This document shows, in pieces, positions 62,402 to 64,000 of a stretch of DNA of 64,000 nucleotides. The first letter of the stretch is position 1. Each line of letters begins with the position of its first letter. The notes under the pieces were generated by a model. That model was given only the letters and a program-made list of their open reading frames with translations, was not told the DNA's origin and did no database searches. A program made the translations under genes and the position numbers. This stretch comes from Myxococcota bacterium. Its GTDB lineage: Bacteria; Myxococcota_A; UBA796; UBA2385. The DNA lies in the NCBI GenBank assembly GCA_044344255.1, contig JBIJDH010000018.1:32001-96000 (forward strand), in the 5' to 3' direction.

Positions 62402-63607
62402 GTGCGCTCGAAGCGGAATCGAACCGATGAAGGTCCCGCTCAGCCGGGTCGATCCGCCGACCGCGGTCCCCTGCGCGTCCTCTTGCTGATCACCCGCGCC
62501 GAGCCGGGGGGCGCCCAGGTCCACCTGCTCGAGCTCTGTCGCGGCCTGCTCGGGCGGGTCGAGCTCAGCGTTGGGGTGGGCCAGGAGGGGCCCGACGACA
62601 ACCCCTTCCTGGTCGAGGCCCTGCGCAGCATTGGCGTGACGGTCGAGGTGCTGCCCGACCTCCGGCGCGCGGTCGCGCCGCGGGCCGATCGCGCTGCGCT
62701 GGCCGCCCTCCGCGCCCTGATCCGCGCGCGGCGCCCGCACCTCGTGCACACCCACAGCAGCAAGGCGGGGCTGCTCGGGCGCCTCGCCGCGCGGCTGGAG
62801 GGTGTCCCCGCCGTCCACACGGCCCACGCTTGGTCCTTCTCCGACGGCCTCCCCTGGCGCCAGCGGGGGCCGGCGATCCCGATCGAGGCCCTGGCCGCCT
62901 GCTGGACCCGCCGCTTCATCGTGGTCTCGGAGGCGGACCGCGAGATCGCGCTGCGCTTCGGCGTCGCCCGGGCCGAGCAGGTGCGGGTGGTGCACAACGG
63001 CGTGCCCGAGGTGATCCCGCGAGCGAGGCCCTCCGCCGATGGCGCCCCGGTGATCGGCATGGTCGCCCGGCTCGCTGCGCCGAAGGACCCCCTCACCCTC
63101 CTCCGCGCCCTCGCGCCGCTGCGCGTGCCCTACCGGCTCGACCTCATCGGCGATGGCCCCGAGCGGCCCGCGGTGGTCGCGGAGGTGCAGGCCCTCGGCC
63201 TCGGAGCGCGTGTCCGCATGCTGGGAGACCGGCGGGACGTCCCCGAGCTCCTCGCCGGCATGCAGGTCTTCACCCTGGTGTCCCGGCAGGAGGGCTTCCC
63301 GCTCGTGATCCTCGAGGCGATGCGCGCGGGGCTGCCCGTGGTGGCCTCGGACGTCGGGGGGGTGCGAGAGGCGGTCGCGGAGGGGGTGACCGGCGCCCTC
63401 GTGGCCCGCGGCGACGTCGCAGGCCTTCGGGCGGCCTTCCTCCGCCTGCTCTCCGATCCGGGGCTTCGGGCCCGCCAGGGGCAGGCCGGCCGGCAGGCCT
63501 GGGAGCGCCGCTTCACGGCGGCGCGGATGATCGAGGCGACCTTGAACATATACGGTGAGATCGCCGCTGAAGACGGTCTCCCACTCCCGCGGGCGGGGTC
63601 GCGATGA
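62402..63607 (+). CDS. GT4 glycosyltransferase
   Basis: GGAQ, HTHSSKAG, VHNGV and EGFPLVILEAMRAGLPVVASDVGG. Confidence 0.92.
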   Translation: MRSKRNRTDEGPAQPGRSADRGPLRVLLLITRAEPGGAQVHLLELCRGLLGRVELSVGVGQEGPDDNPFLVEALRSIGVTVEVLPDLRRAVAPRADRAALAALRALIRARRPHLVHTHSSKAGLLGRLAARLEGVPAVHTAHAWSFSDGLPWRQRGPAIPIEALAACWTRRFIVVSEADREIALRFGVARAEQVRVVHNGVPEVIPRARPSADGAPVIGMVARLAAPKDPLTLLRALAPLRVPYRLDLIGDGPERPAVVAEVQALGLGARVRMLGDRRDVPELLAGMQVFTLVSRQEGFPLVILEAMRAGLPVVASDVGGVREAVAEGVTGALVARGDVAGLRAAFLRLLSDPGLRARQGQAGRQAWERRFTAARMIEATLNIYGEIAAEDGLPLPRAGSR

Positions 63608-64000
63608 CCATCTTCTCGATCCCGGTTGAACGCCGCGCCCTCCTCTACCTTATCGGAGATGTGCTCCTCTGCTTCATCTCGATCGCCTGGGGACAGTGGC
63701 TGCGCTTTGGGCCCGGCGCGCCGGGCGCTGATCTCCTGACCGTGCTGCATGACACGACCGGCGCCTCCGCGGTCTTCATCGTCACCCACTTGCTCGTGCT
63801 CTACCTCGCCGAGGGTTATGACCTCGATCGCGACTTTCGGCTTCGTATCAACATCTTTCGGATCTGGGTCGCCATCGTCGCCGCCTTCCTGGGCCAGGCG
63901 ATCCTGTTCTACTTGCTGCCGAACTGGTGGTGGGGCCGCGGGATCACCTTCATCAGCAACCTCGTGTTCGCGGTGCTGCTCACCGTCTGGCGGCTGGTGG
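63604..64000 (+). CDS. Probable priming (polyprenyl glycosylphospho-)transferase, N-terminal membrane part (partial)
   Basis: ATGA overlap with GT4; MTIFSIPVERRALLYLIGD...WLRF...LYLAEGYD...GRGI...WRL multi-TM pattern. The catalytic domain lies outside the window. Confidence 0.6.
   Translation, partial: MTIFSIPVERRALLYLIGDVLLCFISIAWGQWLRFGPGAPGADLLTVLHDTTGASAVFIVTHLLVLYLAEGYDLDRDFRLRINIFRIWVAIVAAFLGQAILFYLLPNWWWGRGITFISNLVFAVLLTVWRLV

Overview
High-GC bacterial DNA. A Myxococcota-like host is inferred from MYXO-CTERM-type tails, DxDGDG/DCDD (MopE-like) repeat proteins and many short-leader lipoproteins. The right half (~32-64 kb) is mostly ordinary: TetR, recQ, groL/groS, TPR-methyltransferase, CapA-family protein, GGDEF protein, rhomboid, HTTM pair, HtrA, a lamin-tail repeat surface protein, EamA, rbgA, DUF808, yaeQ, a DEAD-box helicase and the start of an exopolysaccharide cluster. 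The notable part is a ~16.6 kb accessory block (~13.6-30.2 kb) running from the 3' end of tRNA-Pro(TGG) to a degenerate copy of that 3' end. It encodes a RegB/RegA-type two-component system with matching GCGGC-N5-GTCGC boxes, a TonB-dependent uptake operon, a multiheme cytochrome, an MbnP/MbnH pair and a tandem YtkA-like lipoprotein. It also carries a DUF692 (MNIO)/DUF2063 maturase pair. The gene coupled directly upstream of the MNIO is not a small peptide but a 299-aa lipoprotein in which a bufferin-like CxGxNxCxG double motif is fused to a class I cytochrome c. This is the best candidate here for an undescribed system. All calls come from motif recognition by eye, with no database searches, and start codons are best estimates.
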